DNA of 64,000 nucleotides from Callorhinchus milii. Taxonomy: Eukaryota. The notes below the pieces were generated by a model. The model had not been told where the DNA came from and made no database searches. It saw only the letters and a program-made list of their open reading frames with translations. A program made the position numbers and the translations under genes. Positions 48,353 through 63,315 of this stretch are shown here, in pieces (the stretch's first letter is position 1; every line of letters starts with the position of its first letter). The stretch covers positions 21,330,001 through 21,394,000 of the forward strand of contig NW_024704742.1 in NCBI RefSeq assembly GCF_018977255.1. The letters are read 5' to 3'.

Positions 48353-51042
48353 TTGTTGTTAACCACTGCCAAGTAAACACCCAACTGTAGGCTTTAGATC
48401 TTACAACATTTTCTCCTCTCTCAATACTGACAATTACCCAACAACTTGAAAACCTATGTTGTACCCCCTCACCCCACCCTCCACACACACACCCAATTAA
48501 TTATCGTCTTATGAGAGTCATCGATAGCTCTGAGGAACTGTCCGTTGGCTTCCCAGCTGTTGCAATGGGATGTCATGCAGGAGCAATTGCTGAGATGGGC
48601 ACAATTCAGCTGCTGTCAAAAGCCATTTCAAGGCACCTGAAATGTATCTAGTCAATTTAAAGAAGATTTGAGTCTTTAGCTTTTGCAACTGAGTGGAACT
48701 GCACATTATTGTGCAAAATAGTTCATAAATTTCCCTTAGTTAATAACTTTCCTGACCACATGAGAAATATAAGGGATCTCTGATTTTGTGCATCAATATT
48801 TACAGAGTGCGACTAAGCAGAAATTCACTGAACAGCTAGCGGTCAGCTCAACATGAAGCACTTCTGTTCTCACAATAAATATTCTTTTGACCTTCACTGA
48901 ATTCAATTTTATTTTTATTCTTGGTCATTGGTTTGGAGAAAGCAGTGAGTTGAGGTCCAGCTCGTGTTACTATTCAGATAACATCTTAGTGATAACATTT
49001 TATTATCCGGCACACATTTGCAACAACAGATTTTGTTTGATCACGCAGAAGTTCTCTTCACACTTGACTGTATGTTGGACTTGGATTTTATAACCATCAG
49101 ATTTGGGGATGTATTAGGAGTGACATTTGTGGTCAGTAACAGTAACAGATTGCAAACCTGTCTCTGGAGCTGTATTTAGTTTTAAAAGTGATATGTGTCA
49201 AAACAGATCATAGATGTCAAGCAAACAGTGTAATAATAATATGAATAATAAAAATCCTTGCATTTGATAAAGTGCCTTGCACGTTAGGAGAGTGTCTCAA
49301 AGCGCTTCGCAGGATATTCTGCAAAGCAAAATGACTGTGTATTTTGTAGGCGAACGCGGCAGCCAATTTTGGGCAGGGCAAACAGCCATGAAATGAATGA
49401 CCAATTTTAAAAGGTTGATCAGTCAGAAAGAGCAAGGATTGACAGGTCTTTGTGTGAAGCCTATCTAAATGAAACCCAACTCTCTTCCCTCCCCTTCCCC
49501 AGATTCTATGGAATATTCATAGAAAGAACAGCAAGAAAACATGCTCAATATTTTTTTTAGGTTTTTAAAGTCTGATATTTGTGTGGACATTGGGGCCTGA
49601 AATTCCACGTAGCCTTAGCATGTAAAATTAGTTCATCTTAAAATTTAAGATTGCATAAAAAAATGTGAAAAATTATTAAATTTAGATATTTTTCTGTAGT
49701 TCTTAAGAGACAGCTTCCAAATAAAGACTAAATGTGAGAATCTTTGCACGATTCTCAGCAGTCGTAATTTTAAAGACCAAATGGTCTGTTAGGCTAAGAA
49801 TAGGTGATATTTTGGTCTTAAGTAGAAGATGGTGCACTGGTGAACCGTACAACATTTAGTAGCAACAGCTTGGAATAAGCATCTTTGAATCTGTGTGGCA
49901 GTGGGGAAATCAGATTAGACTGTTCCAGTGAAAGTATTTTCTCAAGCTAATCATAATGATCATCTCATGGACTGTGGAAAGGAGTCCGTAACAGATCCCA
50001 GCTTGTTAACACATGGTGTGATGCTATTCATACCAGCAGTTATATGGGGCAAACTTTCGATTAAAAAAAAGTATGCTCTTCATCAAAGCTGTCACACAAA
50101 AAAAATACTTTTAAGAACTTCAAAGTGCACTGAACATTTGACCTTGGAAGTTGCCAAACACTTCATTGACCTGCTCAAGTGGATTTCCGTAACTTTGAGA
50201 AGGGTGAACTCAACTTTTTATAAGCTGAGGGGATTCTGCAGCTGTCAATAAGCATCACACAAGTGAAATACTTGCCTTCAATCACTGCATTAAATGAAAC
50301 TAAAAGCATGCCTTGGATACCCCAAGCAGTCTATTATCCTCTACTGACAAGATTATGTGGCAGTGACCATCACATAACTTTTCTTGTTGAGTTTGTAAAT
50401 GGGTTTAAACTCACTTGGCAATGGGGTGATCAGCGCAACAGCTTTGCTCCTGTGGAATACATTGACTGATGCTTCCTTACAGTTAATACTGCTCCTAGGG
50501 TATGGCACTCACAGAGAGAGCTGTGTTTGTTATACACAATTAGCTTCTGCTAAAGAAGTAGAGCGAAGGCTGTAATAAATTTGAAATACAAAGTGAAAAA
50601 CAAGTGAAAAAAATGAGGCATAGACAATTTGATTAAAACACTGAAAGCTGCAATTCTCTGCCATTCATGTGTTGTCTTAAAGGGCCCCTGTCCTGGAACT
50701 AAAGGCATCAGGTGAGAAAATGACAAGAGCCCAGTGATGTAATTGGTGATGCCATAACATTACTGCATCTGCTACCTTTACAAGTGGTCTCCAGAAACTA
50801 GCTTGTCTTCAGATGCCAGCTTGTCTCTGGAAGCAACTAATAATCCAAGTCTGACCTCCCATTGCCTCTGCAAACTGGATTTACACTGAAGGCTGCAATT
50901 CAACAACTTGCATTTATATAGCACCCTTCTCGCTGGAAGGCATCTTGGAGTGCTTAAATTCATGTGCTATCCAAGAGGGCCATTGTCCTGTACACCAGAC
51001 AACTTCTGCTCTTATCTTTTTCACAATTCTGACACCATGTTT

Positions 51043-51720
51043 TAATAACAACAAGAATACATTTGGATAGCTCCTTTCACGACAGGAGGTCGTCCCAAGG
51101 CACTGGACAGAGTATAGCATTTCAGACCCAAGCTGGGGTTGGGGGGGTAAGCGAGGGGAGGGGAAGGGGGGTGGCCGATGGCATGGTCGAAGAGGAGGGT
51201 CTTGAGGCGGGACTTGAAGGAGACTAAGGAGGGGGCGAGATAGAGTGACTGGGGGATGGAATTCCAGAAGTTGGGGGCAGAGTGGATGAAGGCTCTCCTG
51301 CCAATGGTGGGGCGGGTGGGCCGGGGACGTGGAGCAGGCCAGAGCCGGCTGAGCGGAAGAAACGGGCGGGTTGGTAGAGGGTTAGGAGGTCGCAGAGGTA
51401 GGGTGGGGCGAGGCCATGGAGGGCTTTGTAGGTGAGGACCAGGATCTTGAACTGGATCCTCTGAAGGATAGGGAGCCAATGGAGTCGGGCAAGAATGGGG
51501 AAGATGGGGTCGAGGAGTTTGATGCGGGAGAGGACATGGGCTGCAGAGTTCTGGATTATCTGCAGCCTGTGGAGGGAGGAGTTGGGAAGGCCGACAAGCA
51601 GGGTGTTTGCATAATCAAGCCTGGAGGTGATGAAGGCATGAACAAGAGTTTCAGCGGCCTGAGGGGTGAGGTAGTGACGGTGTCGGGCAATGTTATGGAG
51701 GTGAGGGAAGGCAGAGTGGG
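51043..51720 (-). mobile_element. L2-clade LINE 3' fragment
   Basis: ORF 51224..51784(-) reads HLHNIARHRHYLTPQAAETLVHAFITSRLDYAN...LHWLPILQRIQFKIL. Same family as the 26133 copy. Confidence 0.92.
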
Positions 51721-54700
51721 TCATGGCTTGAATGTGTGGGAGAAAAGACAGTAAGAGGACAACATGAAAAACCTTGAGCGTCATTCTCCTTGCTCACAAA
51801 TGTCTTGATAGCATCCCGATACTTACACAATCACATCAATATTTCTTTGCATAAGTGAAAGGTTGTTTGACTGAGGAGATCGCCAGAGCTCTGCAGCTTG
51901 TAAACAGTAATCACTATTGGGATTATACAACCCCCAGAAATTATGATATAATAATAATCTTTGCATTTGAATTTAGAGCCTTGTCACATCTTTGAGATGT
52001 CTGTTATGGAATGTCCCATTTTTTTCATCCCATAGTCAAATGCTCTTGCAATGTACCCTAGAATTCGCTGACCTTAGTTGGTAGTGGCTTCATATTGACT
52101 GAAAACCTTCAGTGAATGTTCGAATAGAATAAAAAATTGTTGGCAATCAGGTGAGGAAAAATATTAAGATGTTCCCCTCTCCAATGTATTTTTTGTATTC
52201 TTCCCACAGTCATGTCATGATGGAGACCCATGCTGTTAAGTCTGTTCTGAGATGCTTTGGAATATTGGTCTAACTTCAACTCTTGTTAGGTGATGTATAC
52301 AAAGATGATGACCTTTCAAGGAATGATTTAAATTCATTTAAGCTCCTTGAATAGTTAAAAAATCTCTGGGCTCATTTCAAAGGAAGCTTTCATATAATAA
52401 CAGAACCAATTCCCCACAGAACCAGCTGTGCTGGTTCATCAATGTTCCTGTGTGACCCTTTGTCTGGCTGAATGGGGTTTGAGTTAGGTTCCCGGCTGTT
52501 GTGTTTAATAAAAGACTTGCTGCTATATCGGTGCTCAACTGGAGAGCCCTGGTTCCTACAGCTCGTTTATATTTTTGTAAATTGTCCCTTTCTCATTTCA
52601 TTACATGTATTAAAATTCCTAATCTGTCTGGTTTACATGCTGATGTTCACTGCATCCTCAGATAACTGATGTGATCTATGCCCTCTGCTGACACATTGGG
52701 ATCAGTCCATATTGATATTCAATGCGTTGAGTAGATCGGGATGTAAATGCTATTCTCATCCCCAACACCATTCTCCAAGCAAAATCTGCAAACCAATTTA
52801 ATTGCCCGTGACTGAGATATCTGCACTTTGGTAAAAAGCTCTCCCCACACCTCCCACCCCTCAAAAAGACAATAATTTGTTAACGAGCAGTGGAAAGTCC
52901 CAGTCCACAAGTATAACAATTTAATATCTATTGCACCTTTACACAGGATAGTATCTAGGAGAGCTGAACAATGCAACCCAGGGCTACTTGCATTGATTTT
53001 TCCATTCAGAACAATTAGGGGGGAGAAGGGGGTGGGAGGGTGGATGGGGAGGGGTCCGCAACCCCAAAAAACAGGAATATTCAAAGCTCTGAACATTGAA
53101 TGGACTACTAAATTGACCCCTGTTGAACAACAACATGACGGGATTAGGTGAGCAGGATGCAACCCTCCTGGGAGAGAGTGCGTACTCCATACCAAACACA
53201 ATAATATGGAACTGTTAATAATTTGCTTTGGACTCTCTTAAGCATGGTGATGGGTTTCCGCGCGGATCAGATACCCGACTCACAAACAAAAAAAACACGG
53301 GTAAAGTAATAACTGGCAGTGAGTCTTGCTGTGAGACTGGTCTGTAATTGGAGGTTCATAGAAAAATATTCTGGGTAAATCGGTGCTCCCTTCTCCATCT
53401 CATACAAATGATCATTTACTATAATAGGATAAAAAACATGCTTGTCATTACAGTGAAATAAAGATGATATTTTCCCATGGTATAAATAGAATGTCACTCC
53501 CCATTACCAGTGCTATGTTGCTTCTGTGAAAAACCAATATAACTTGCTTGTAACTATGTGAATTATTGCAGACATAACAGGAGATTAAAAGAGAGCTTCA
53601 GATGAAGGTCCTGCAGCCCATTTGTTCTCATCCTTCCAGAAAAACCAGCCTCCCATCAAAGCATTAAGTTGTTTCTTAAGTGAGTCCAGTGTTTTGGCCT
53701 CAAACTTCCCTCCCTGGTAACCTGTTCCAGTCATAAATTATCCTTTGGACAAAGCAGCACCTCATGTTTTTTCTCCTGAAATTGCTTTTTACAACCATAA
53801 ACCGGTGTCCTCATGTTCTCCCCTCTCAGTGCATCCCAAAGTATTGCTCTGCGTTTACTTTCTGAATCCTATTTAAAATCTTATGCACCTCAATAAGGAC
53901 CCCTCCAAGAGGTCTCTTTATAAGACTGAAGAGCTTGTTTAATCATTGCTCCAAAACTCATTGGATGATGGATTCCACAAAATATTCACTTTACAATATA
54001 TTCTGTAAAGAGCTTTGAGATATCTCAATTACGTGATAAGGTGCTATATGAAATGCAAGTATTATTACTATTATCATCATCATCATCAATGTGTACCATC
54101 CAGATATGAATGAACTTCACCCTGTCTAGTTCAAAGATGCTTTTCGGACAAAATGATTTTGAACACCACTCTGCCATTCCTAGATGAGTGAATCTGGGCG
54201 TAGGATCAATTGCCATGAACCACTAAAAAGCTTACAGTAAAAAATATAGCACTTGGCATTCGACAAGTCAAATCAATGGATTCAATTTGGATGTACTATG
54301 TTACAAATTATTAGTGCCTTAAGGAGAAATTTAATTGAAATGGCTCAACCATTAGGTTTTATTTACCAAATTGATACAATGTTTTACTTTGCTAGTGCAT
54401 TCACATATCATAAGAAAGGTTCAGGTGAAAAAGACTATTCGGACCATTTGATCGCATCCTTCCAGAATTCCTACTCTACCATCTTCCCATTAAAGCACTG
54501 AGTTATTTTTTTTAAATGTGCCCAGTGTCCTGGCCTCTATCACCATCACTGGTGACCTGTGAGTTACTTCAGTCTCTTGAATCTTGGAATGCCTCAGTGT
54601 TAAGGTGAGATGATATAGCCACCCTTGTGTCAAGTTGTGCCTGTTATTTGAGAGCAGGCACATAAATGCTATTTGAGTAGACAAATTGGACTAATTTATC

Positions 54701-55243
54701 ACTTATTTTCTAACTGCCAAATTGTATGTAAGGAGAAACATTGGCAGGAGTTCAATGTTTCTCCATCACTGCCACTAGGAAGTACAAACCAAAGACCTTT
54801 ACTGTTTCGGTTGACTGCCCTACTTGCTTGTAAAGTTGCAGTGTTGCCAAGGTTGCTCCTATTAGCCATCCGATATGATTGGTATATTCTTACCTATTAT
54901 TCTTCGAAAATACATTTTTATTGTGTGCAAACCTGCACTAAAAATCTGAATCTAGTCAATGTTGATGGATGGCCTCTGTTGGACCACGTCAAAGCAAAGG
55001 TTATTTTACTTTAGTCACTTATTACAAAGGGAGTATTTAAATTGGGGTTTTAGAGAAAGGAGTGGGCTGGATGAGAACAAAGGTTTAAGGAAGCAGCACT
55101 AAGTACACAGAAGAATTTTAATGCCAGCAAAAATTATTCTCAATTTTTAAATACAGATTAAACCATTTAAAATGTTATGCTGGCGCAAACTAACATGAGG
55201 AATGGGTTAAGGAAAGAGGCAAGTTTTGCATTTATAATTACAA

Positions 55244-55317
55244 TTACAATGTCATTCAAACATTTCACCCTGTCATCAGCAATTCAGACGGGGTGACATG
55301 TTTGGATGACATTGTAA
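55244..55317. repeat. 74-bp near-perfect inverted repeat (tiny MITE or hairpin candidate)
   Basis: Arms of 31 bp with 28/31 complementary, a 12-nt loop, and TA at both ends. Confidence 0.85.
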
Positions 55318-55930
55318 GCCACATAATCTATTCCTTTTCAAAGGGGTTGAGTTGATAGATGAATAATAAACAAATGATGGAGAGGGGGAGGAGGAGGAAT
55401 GATTCCTTGTGAGAGCAAGGAATAAAAATAAGAATCAGTGCAACTGGGACTGTTAATAAGACTATTCAGAAATGGCTTGAGAAAATACCTGGTGAACAAA
55501 ATATCAACTTTGTGCAAAAAGTAGCTATTTTATGAAGTTCAAATATACTAAGAAAACTAACATCCGTTCATATGTAATGTGGCAGTATTATTGGTCTGGC
55601 TGACCCATCATTGAAAACCACTTAGTGATTTAAACTGGAATAACATAACAATAATACAGTAAAACATATTTCATAGGATTTACTGTAAATTGTAGTGACT
55701 ACTTTGTAGGTGAACATGTACAGGAGTAGTTTGCAGGGGGTACAAAGTAACTCACACACTGACTGCAACTTTACAAGTGAGTAGGGCAGAAAGAGCGCCA
55801 GCAGTCACTCAATTTCACGTTAAATTTCAGGGGAGAAGAGACGAAGGCAAATGGGAACTGTAAACCTCAAGGAAGTGGTAAGCAATCTTTAACCAGCTAA
55901 CAAGGGCCTGGACACAGCTTTTCTTTTCAT

Positions 55931-56260
55931 GAGTCCTGTAGCTCAGTGGTTAGAGCACTCGCTTTGCAAGTGAGAGACCTGGGTTCAATTCCAGGCAGGT
56001 CAGGGCGAAACCTTGGGCAAGTTTCCTTACTCCACACAGAGCCTAATAATAATCCCTCCAAAACAATAATAAAGTAGTCATTTTCAATCTACGACTGTTT
56101 GTGGGACATTGCTGTGTGCAATTGGCTGCCGCGTTCGCCCACAAAAAATATACAGTCAATTCACTTTGCAGTGTGTTCTGTGAAGCGCTTTGGGACATCC
56201 TCCCGACGTGAAAAGCGCTATATCAAATGCAAGGATTATTATTATTATTATTATTATTAT
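55931..56260 (+). mobile_element. Full-length composite SINE (short subfamily, young)
   Basis: Intact A and B boxes and a long clean (TTA)n tail. Confidence 0.92.
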
Positions 56261-59200
56261 GTTTTAAGAACCTTGCTAAAGGCTTGCACTTCCATCCTCT
56301 CCTAGCTTTTTTTCCTTGAATAATTCCCCATTAGTCTTCTTCTCCGCATTTGTCACCTTGTTTGTGGTAACCTGTTTCGTTTTATTCCTTTCCATTGTTT
56401 TCTACTCCTAGTTCGCCTGCATCTAACCATGACTCCATCTCATGTGACGGCTCTCTTGACATAAGCAGTCCAAACTGAATAAGTATTGGAGCTCAGCCCA
56501 GATACTTATGACTAAGAACCACCAGTTTGGCTCATTCATATTACAGCCTCAGGCTGGTTACCCTGTGTGGGAGCCTGCAAGGTATCTACCCATCTTAAAA
56601 AGACACTATCACTTGAACAGAGTTATTAGATAATAACTGAACACCTTGCTCTGATAAGTGTCAGCATGGCAGCGTTCTGAGTCAAATCCTTCCTTTCATA
56701 GCTCTCTGTGGCACATTACTATGCACAAAGTTGCTGCTGCATTTGCCTACAACTACAGAATTACCGCAATTCACAGCAAAAAAACGTATCCTGTGAAGTG
56801 TTTTGAGACACCTCGACAACATGGTAAGGTGCCATTTTAAATGCAAGGATTATTATTGTTACTGCTCTGGGGATTCTTTCATTGTGCTCAGCAACCATGT
56901 CTTCCCCATAGATTTGTGCTTTAAGACTTAAACATTTTACTTCTGGTTTCCTTGTTAAAGAATCCCATTAGAAACTGCTTCAAATTAGATACTATTATAA
57001 CAATCAGCATATGATTGAACAGTTGGAAAACGATTACCTTTGAGCCAGAAGGCTGTGGGTTCGAGCCCCATGAGGCACAGTCTAGGCTGCTATTTCAGAA
57101 CATTGCTGGGGAAGCACTGCATTGTTGAGTATCATTCTTTAAAAGAGAAATTAAACCAAGGAGTCTGCTGTTCTGCTTTGGACATGAAAGAGAAGGATAT
57201 TTCTCCCAGTGTTTAGGCCAACACTCACTTCATAGCTGTTTGTGGGACGCAGTGGGACTGTGTGCAAATAGGCTTCCTTGTTCGCCTACAAATATATAGT
57301 CACGACACTTAAAAGTTAAAAGTTAGATGTAACTTGTAACTTTAAATACAAACAATATTGATGGGTGGATTGCAGAGGGGTTCCCTTATTGGGACATTAA
57401 TTGTATGAAATCCTAGAGATAACATTGTGACACATGCTATATATAATAATTGGCATCATTTAATTTCCCTCCAGGTGAAAAGGACTGTATCTAACTGGAT
57501 CAATACTGCAACACCCAGTGAAATCTATAACGTGGAGTGCAGTGTCAGCAATTAATGTCTTCTCGTCTCCAAACTCATCTGAGCCAATAGATCATTCTGT
57601 TGGAACGCATTGAACCATTTATCACAGCCTAGAAGACAGCCTCAATTTATCCAGTACATTGATAAGAACTCTTGTTTCTAATCTTTTTTTTAATGTCAAA
57701 TGAGAAGTTGGGAGGAAATCTTGTGCCGAATGGGACTCAGTGGGAACCGGGCTATGATTATCGAAATTCATTTCTATTTCCGAGCTTTAACAGCTGTCAG
57801 AGAAAGTGAGCAGGAGAGAAGAATTGCAGCCACCCGCACCCCCATACCCAAACCCATGCCTCCGAGATTCAACACGACTCAAACTCCCTCCACTTGCTTC
57901 CCCTTCCCTAGCTAAATTACCCGAAGTCTAAATTAGTTCAGCACAGGTGAAAATTCATTTTGCTGAAACCGTTACAAACCTGAAACCCTGCTCCCTTAAC
58001 GATAGGCTACACAGGACCCTGACTAACAAACTCCATACTACGTAGGAGAATGAGCTCTAGTATGGGTTAAACCTCACATCTACATTAACATCTTGAGTTA
58101 CTGTCACCAGTTGCATAAAAATCCTGTCTATTTCCAATTTACATACAAGACTCACATGAACAATTTATGTGCCTTGGGTTATCTTTTACATTTGTCATTC
58201 ATTTCCACCACAAAACACCCTATTTAGTGCAAGTTCCTTGTTAATAACCAGTTTTTTTTCTGAAGTCTCCTCAATAATCTAATATTATGCTGCACTGTTG
58301 TGTACCTAGCCTGATCCTACAGTCATCTGATAAAGTTTACTACATTGATTTCCCCTGTGAGCCACAAGTTGCTGATTTGTATTTGCCTCAAAGCAACATC
58401 GGGAACATCTAGGTGGCCCGCACTTCACAAGCTCTCCTTCCACCATGCTTCAGGCAGATGTCTGTTGAATGTCTGATAAGGAAACCTTGAGCAATAATTG
58501 TTGACCAATAATGGCTATCCTTCATTGGCGTTGTGGGGAGGAAAAGTTAAGTGGTTTTCCTAAGGGCTGGCTGTAAGGCGACATGCTTTGTAATGGAATT
58601 TCTGAATTGAGCCAGCCCTCTGTGGTGGCCTTGGTCGTCCGCTGCCTGAGCCAGGCGTATCTGCAGTGCTCCAGGGCACAACTGATGATAGACCAGCCAG
58701 CCTGGCTCTTCTAGCCATTGGGGGCAGGGATTTTTCCCATTGAGCTCCTGTTAACCATACAAGCTGAAGACCTAATGGGTAGAATACTAAAAATTAAAGG
58801 AATTGGCCATTAGGATTATTAATAGTGAGTTTGAATGTTCAGACAGCTGTTTTTATGTGGGAGTCTATTTCACATCTAACAACCTGAGTGGGGAAAAGAA
58901 AATTATTTTGATCTGAAATTTTGTTTACTTTATACCAATGGCTAAAACTCAAATAACATGATTGTATCTACGTTATTGCTTGCTCTTGGCATTTTAAAAC
59001 TTGGTTATGATTGCATGCAGTCTTTCTTTTCTCCAATAAAACCAAATTCAGTTCTACGAGTTTCTCTTCAAAGAGCCCACATTTCATTACAATGAAGCAC
59101 TCGTTGTTAATATATGCTACACATACATATCTATTTACATAAGATGCACGTGTTTCAGTTTGATTCCTTTCTGTGCAGTCTTTAGGCTTCTCTATAGCCT

Positions 59201-62200
59201 TGGTGTGTCCTCCAATGTAAATGTAATTTTGTATTGTATTCTCAATTTTGTTTATCCTACATAAGCTGGACGTACTCTGATTCTCTGACTTTTAAGTTTT
59301 CCGAATACTTGTTTTTTATCATTTGTCTCCCCACCCATCTGAGCTCAGTCAGTGCATAGACAATACTTACGGCACAACTCAGCTTCTTGGGAAGATTGCA
59401 GTTGGGTTGCGCAGTTACAAAGAAAATATCAGCTACAAACTTTACTGAGACCCAGAGTCCTGGTAACATCCCCTGGGTCTTCAAGGCAAAGCAATGTAAG
59501 CTTTGTCAATTGGTAGCCTTTCATGTTTTGCAGCCTAAAGGTAATTAGATTCATGCTGAGACGAGATACCAGGAGGTAAGTGGATCGCAGCTCCTTGTGG
59601 ATTCAGCTGAAGTTATAGCACTGGAGCATCTAGGGTTTATGAATCCAGTCTACAATCCATCCGTCAGGACTAATGGTTTGGACAGATTTCCTGCCTCCCT
59701 CCACAGGTCACCTATTGTTACTGGATTGACAAGCATTCTCCTGAACAAATTTTTAAAGATACCAAATTAAAGACTAACGCTGTACAATGTTATTCTAAAT
59801 AATGTTTTCCTCAATGTATCTCACCATTCCTTCATAATTACAGTTGTGCTTCTGCTCGGATAGAATCAACTCAAAAGACAAGGCACAATATATAACTTTA
59901 CCCTTTGGACTGAACACAAGAAAATCTAAACAAATAATCAGGGTTCAGGTACAAATAAAGGATTCTAACAAGAAGTTACAGTGGTTACTGGTGTGTTATT
60001 AACTCCCAGCACTAATATTACACAATGCACAAGTGTGTTATTGCTACAAGTTGCATTTTGAATAGTTCAGTAGCTGTTCCTATGCACAGTGATACAGTAT
60101 AAAGCATTTTATTCTAAATAAATATCATTTAGCTTGTGGGTGATGCAGATTTTAAATCGTTGACACAAATCTTTTCTTCTCGAGTTACATCATGGGATCT
60201 TTAACATCCACCCGAACAGCCAGATGGGACCTCGATTTAAAGTCTCAACCAAAGCTTGACACCTCTGATAATGCAGTACTTCCCCCAGCACTGCACATGA
60301 GTGCCAGCCTTGGAACATGCAGATACTCTCACACATGCGAGCTGCTGTTAGACATTACGTGTTGTGATGTCTGCTAGTTAAGAAATGGCATCAGCTTTCA
60401 AATAGAGATTCGTGCATATGTGAAAGTCCAATGTCTAAGTCCCAACAAAGAAAAGCTGACACAAAGTTGACCTGAACGCATTCATTGTCAGGACACATAC
60501 ACCTATTGTTAGCCAGTTTACAGAGCAACAGGGGAAAAGTCTAAAGTTGCACTTACCTTGTCTGACAAAAAAATCATAGCAACAGACATTGATAGACCTA
60601 AAGTGAGAGTCCCAAATGGCACGATTGGTGATGTAAAGCTGCCATAGTTTTGCTGAGCACATCTTTGGCAGCAGATTCCATTAGTGTCAGCACAAATGCT
60701 ACCACATTAGCAGTTCACTGCACCAACTAGTACTGCAGCCAACACAGCATCTCCTGCCATACAACCTATTATAATAGCCAGTACAGTAGTAATGCCACTG
60801 AAAGGTTTGGAGCAGGCAATTCCAATCCCAAAGGCACCCCATGAAATTGATAAATCTGCTCTTAAAGAGTCAATTTCACCTCTCAGGTACACCTGTTATA
60901 TGAAGCCCTGCAGCTGGTGATCAGGGGCTTTGCAACCTATGCCATTCTCTGTTCTTAGAGTGCTAAGCAGTTAAACAACAGAAAGAATAATCCCCTAATA
61001 ATCCCACAATTTGACCACCTCATTAAATGCTGCCTTCAGCACTTCTGCTTCCTTATAATTATTTCAATCAGCAAGTTAATCACAATTTGACTGAAAAGCA
61101 CTTGCCAAATGACCATGTCCAATGCAGGTGCTGTGGGCTAGCTTCAGTTGTCGGTAGAGAAATGAAAAGCTAAGTGGAGAATAGTAAATCCTACTGGCAG
61201 TCAAAGGTCAATATTTGTTTTGGATCTCGCATTGATTTCACCAGTAATTAAATCCTAGTGCAAAGGCTCAAATGACACGCGTCTAAAATTGAACATTCAT
61301 CAACAAAAATAAATGCTATTTGAAATTCTATGCTGGAATATGAATTGCAAAAGCAGCACAGACTGACAGCTATCCTATAGACAGAGAAGCATCTTAGCTG
61401 TCAGCTTGGTTCGTTTGGTAGCCCTCTCAGTCTTGGTGGGAAGGTCTTGGATTGAAGCATTGAGGACTTTCAACTCAATCTCTAGGCTCAATATAGCATT
61501 GGGCAAAGGATGTATTTTCGGATTCTTCAAATGAGGTAATAAGCGAAGGTCCTATCTGCCTATTCATGTAGTTCTTAAAGATCACATGGCAAACGAGAAG
61601 TGAGTTTCTCCTGGTATCTTCACCAATAATTCTTCACGAAAATTGGTCATTCATCTGGTTGTTTGTGGAACATTGCAGTGTGCAAATTGGCTCCCACGTT
61701 CGCCTACAAATACAGTCATTACACTTAATAACTATTTAAAGGCGCTATATCAAAATCAAGGATTAGTTTTGTCTTCTGCAAGATAGCCAATGATTGATCA
61801 CTCAGAATTTTGCTGTATTTTATATTGTTTCTTTTTAGCGTCTTTATGTAATTTACTAACTACATTATCATTCTACATGAAGAATGAACTGCTTCAATTG
61901 TTGGCTCATTGTTCTTTTAAATTTGCACTCCCACTTTGGGATGTTACGAAATATCTCAATCCTTCAAATCCAGAATGATCTTCATCTTCTACTCCCTACC
62001 GTGTTCAGAGAATTATAACAGCATAATAATAGAATAAATAATCAAGAGAAGATGCAATGTTATCACCTAGATTATATTGCCAGAATGACTGAGCTCATAT
62101 AAGAAAAAGGGGGCATTGTAATTGGACAAGTAGAGTGGGTAGTATTGTAATAATGCTTGTACTTGATATAGGGCCTTACTGAATTAAAACACCTCAAAGC

Positions 62201-62437
62201 ACTTCACAGTAATTACTGTTAATGCAGTTATTGTGTATTCTGTAGCCAAATATAATAGCTAATTTGCACACAGCAATATCCCACAAATAGCCAGAAGGTG
62301 AATGATCAATTTATTTGGGGGAACTCTTGCCCAGGAAACCTGAAGCAACTCCTTTCTCTTTTCCAATAGTTCTATAGGATCTTTACCGTCCTTCTGAGCA
62401 GATAGACAGGGCTTTGTTTGAATATCTCAGCCAGAAG

Positions 62438-62793
62438 TAATAATATATAATAATAATCCTTGCATTTGATATATTACCATATCACGTCTTTGAGACATCA
62501 CAAAGCGCTTCACAGAATATACTGTAAAGTGTAGTGACTGTGTGTTTTGTCGGCGAAACGTGGCAGCCAATTGCGCACAGCAGTGTCCCACAAAAAGTTG
62601 TGGTTTGAGTGACCAAATTATTATTATTTTTGGAGGGATTATTACTCCCAGAATGCGATCGGCCAATCGACTAATAAGTGGGTTCCTACTTACTGCTGGG
62701 TAAACAGAGGCATGTGGAGTAAGGAAACTTGCCTAAGGTTTTGCCCTCCCAAGAATCAACCCCGGGTCCTAACCATTATACTACAGGACTCCA
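62438..62793 (-). mobile_element. Composite SINE (long subfamily; anticodon arm deleted)
   Basis: Reverse complement of the 39489-type element. Confidence 0.85.
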
Positions 62794-63315
62794 TATAACT
62801 GGATAAACTACTACCCACCCTCCACACACACATACATACACACATACCCTGATCAGCCCCACCCTTGCTCTCGCCTCCACCTGCTCTTGGCCTCCCAGAA
62901 GTACTCTATCTCCCCCGACCCACAAATTCTCCCTTCCTTAAAGATTGTCATCCTCGTGGGGAGAGAAGTCACCTCCACTGATGCAGCGCTCCCCTAACAC
63001 CTCACTCGAGTATCAGCCTGAATCACAAACTCATAGTCCTCAACACAGGACTTCAACCCACAACCTTCTAATCGAGAAAAAAGACAATTGAGCCAGGCTG
63101 AAAAGTCATGAAATCATACGGTATTGACAACACTCCTCAAAACCGTTTAATTCTTTCATGGGCACGAGATGAGACACTGTAGGTAGTACTATTCAAGAGA
63201 TATGTTATTCAAATTCATGACAAACATAGCCAAAACTAAAACTGAATAAAAAATGAGGCTGGTTAGTGAAATCCAATTTTTTTTTGTAGAAGGGACATTT
63301 CAAGTAAGTGCCTAC

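Noticed and set aside
58563..58619. Perfect 10-bp inverted repeat agggctggct/agccagccct
   Set aside because: A few such pairs are expected by chance in 64 kb, and it does not extend.
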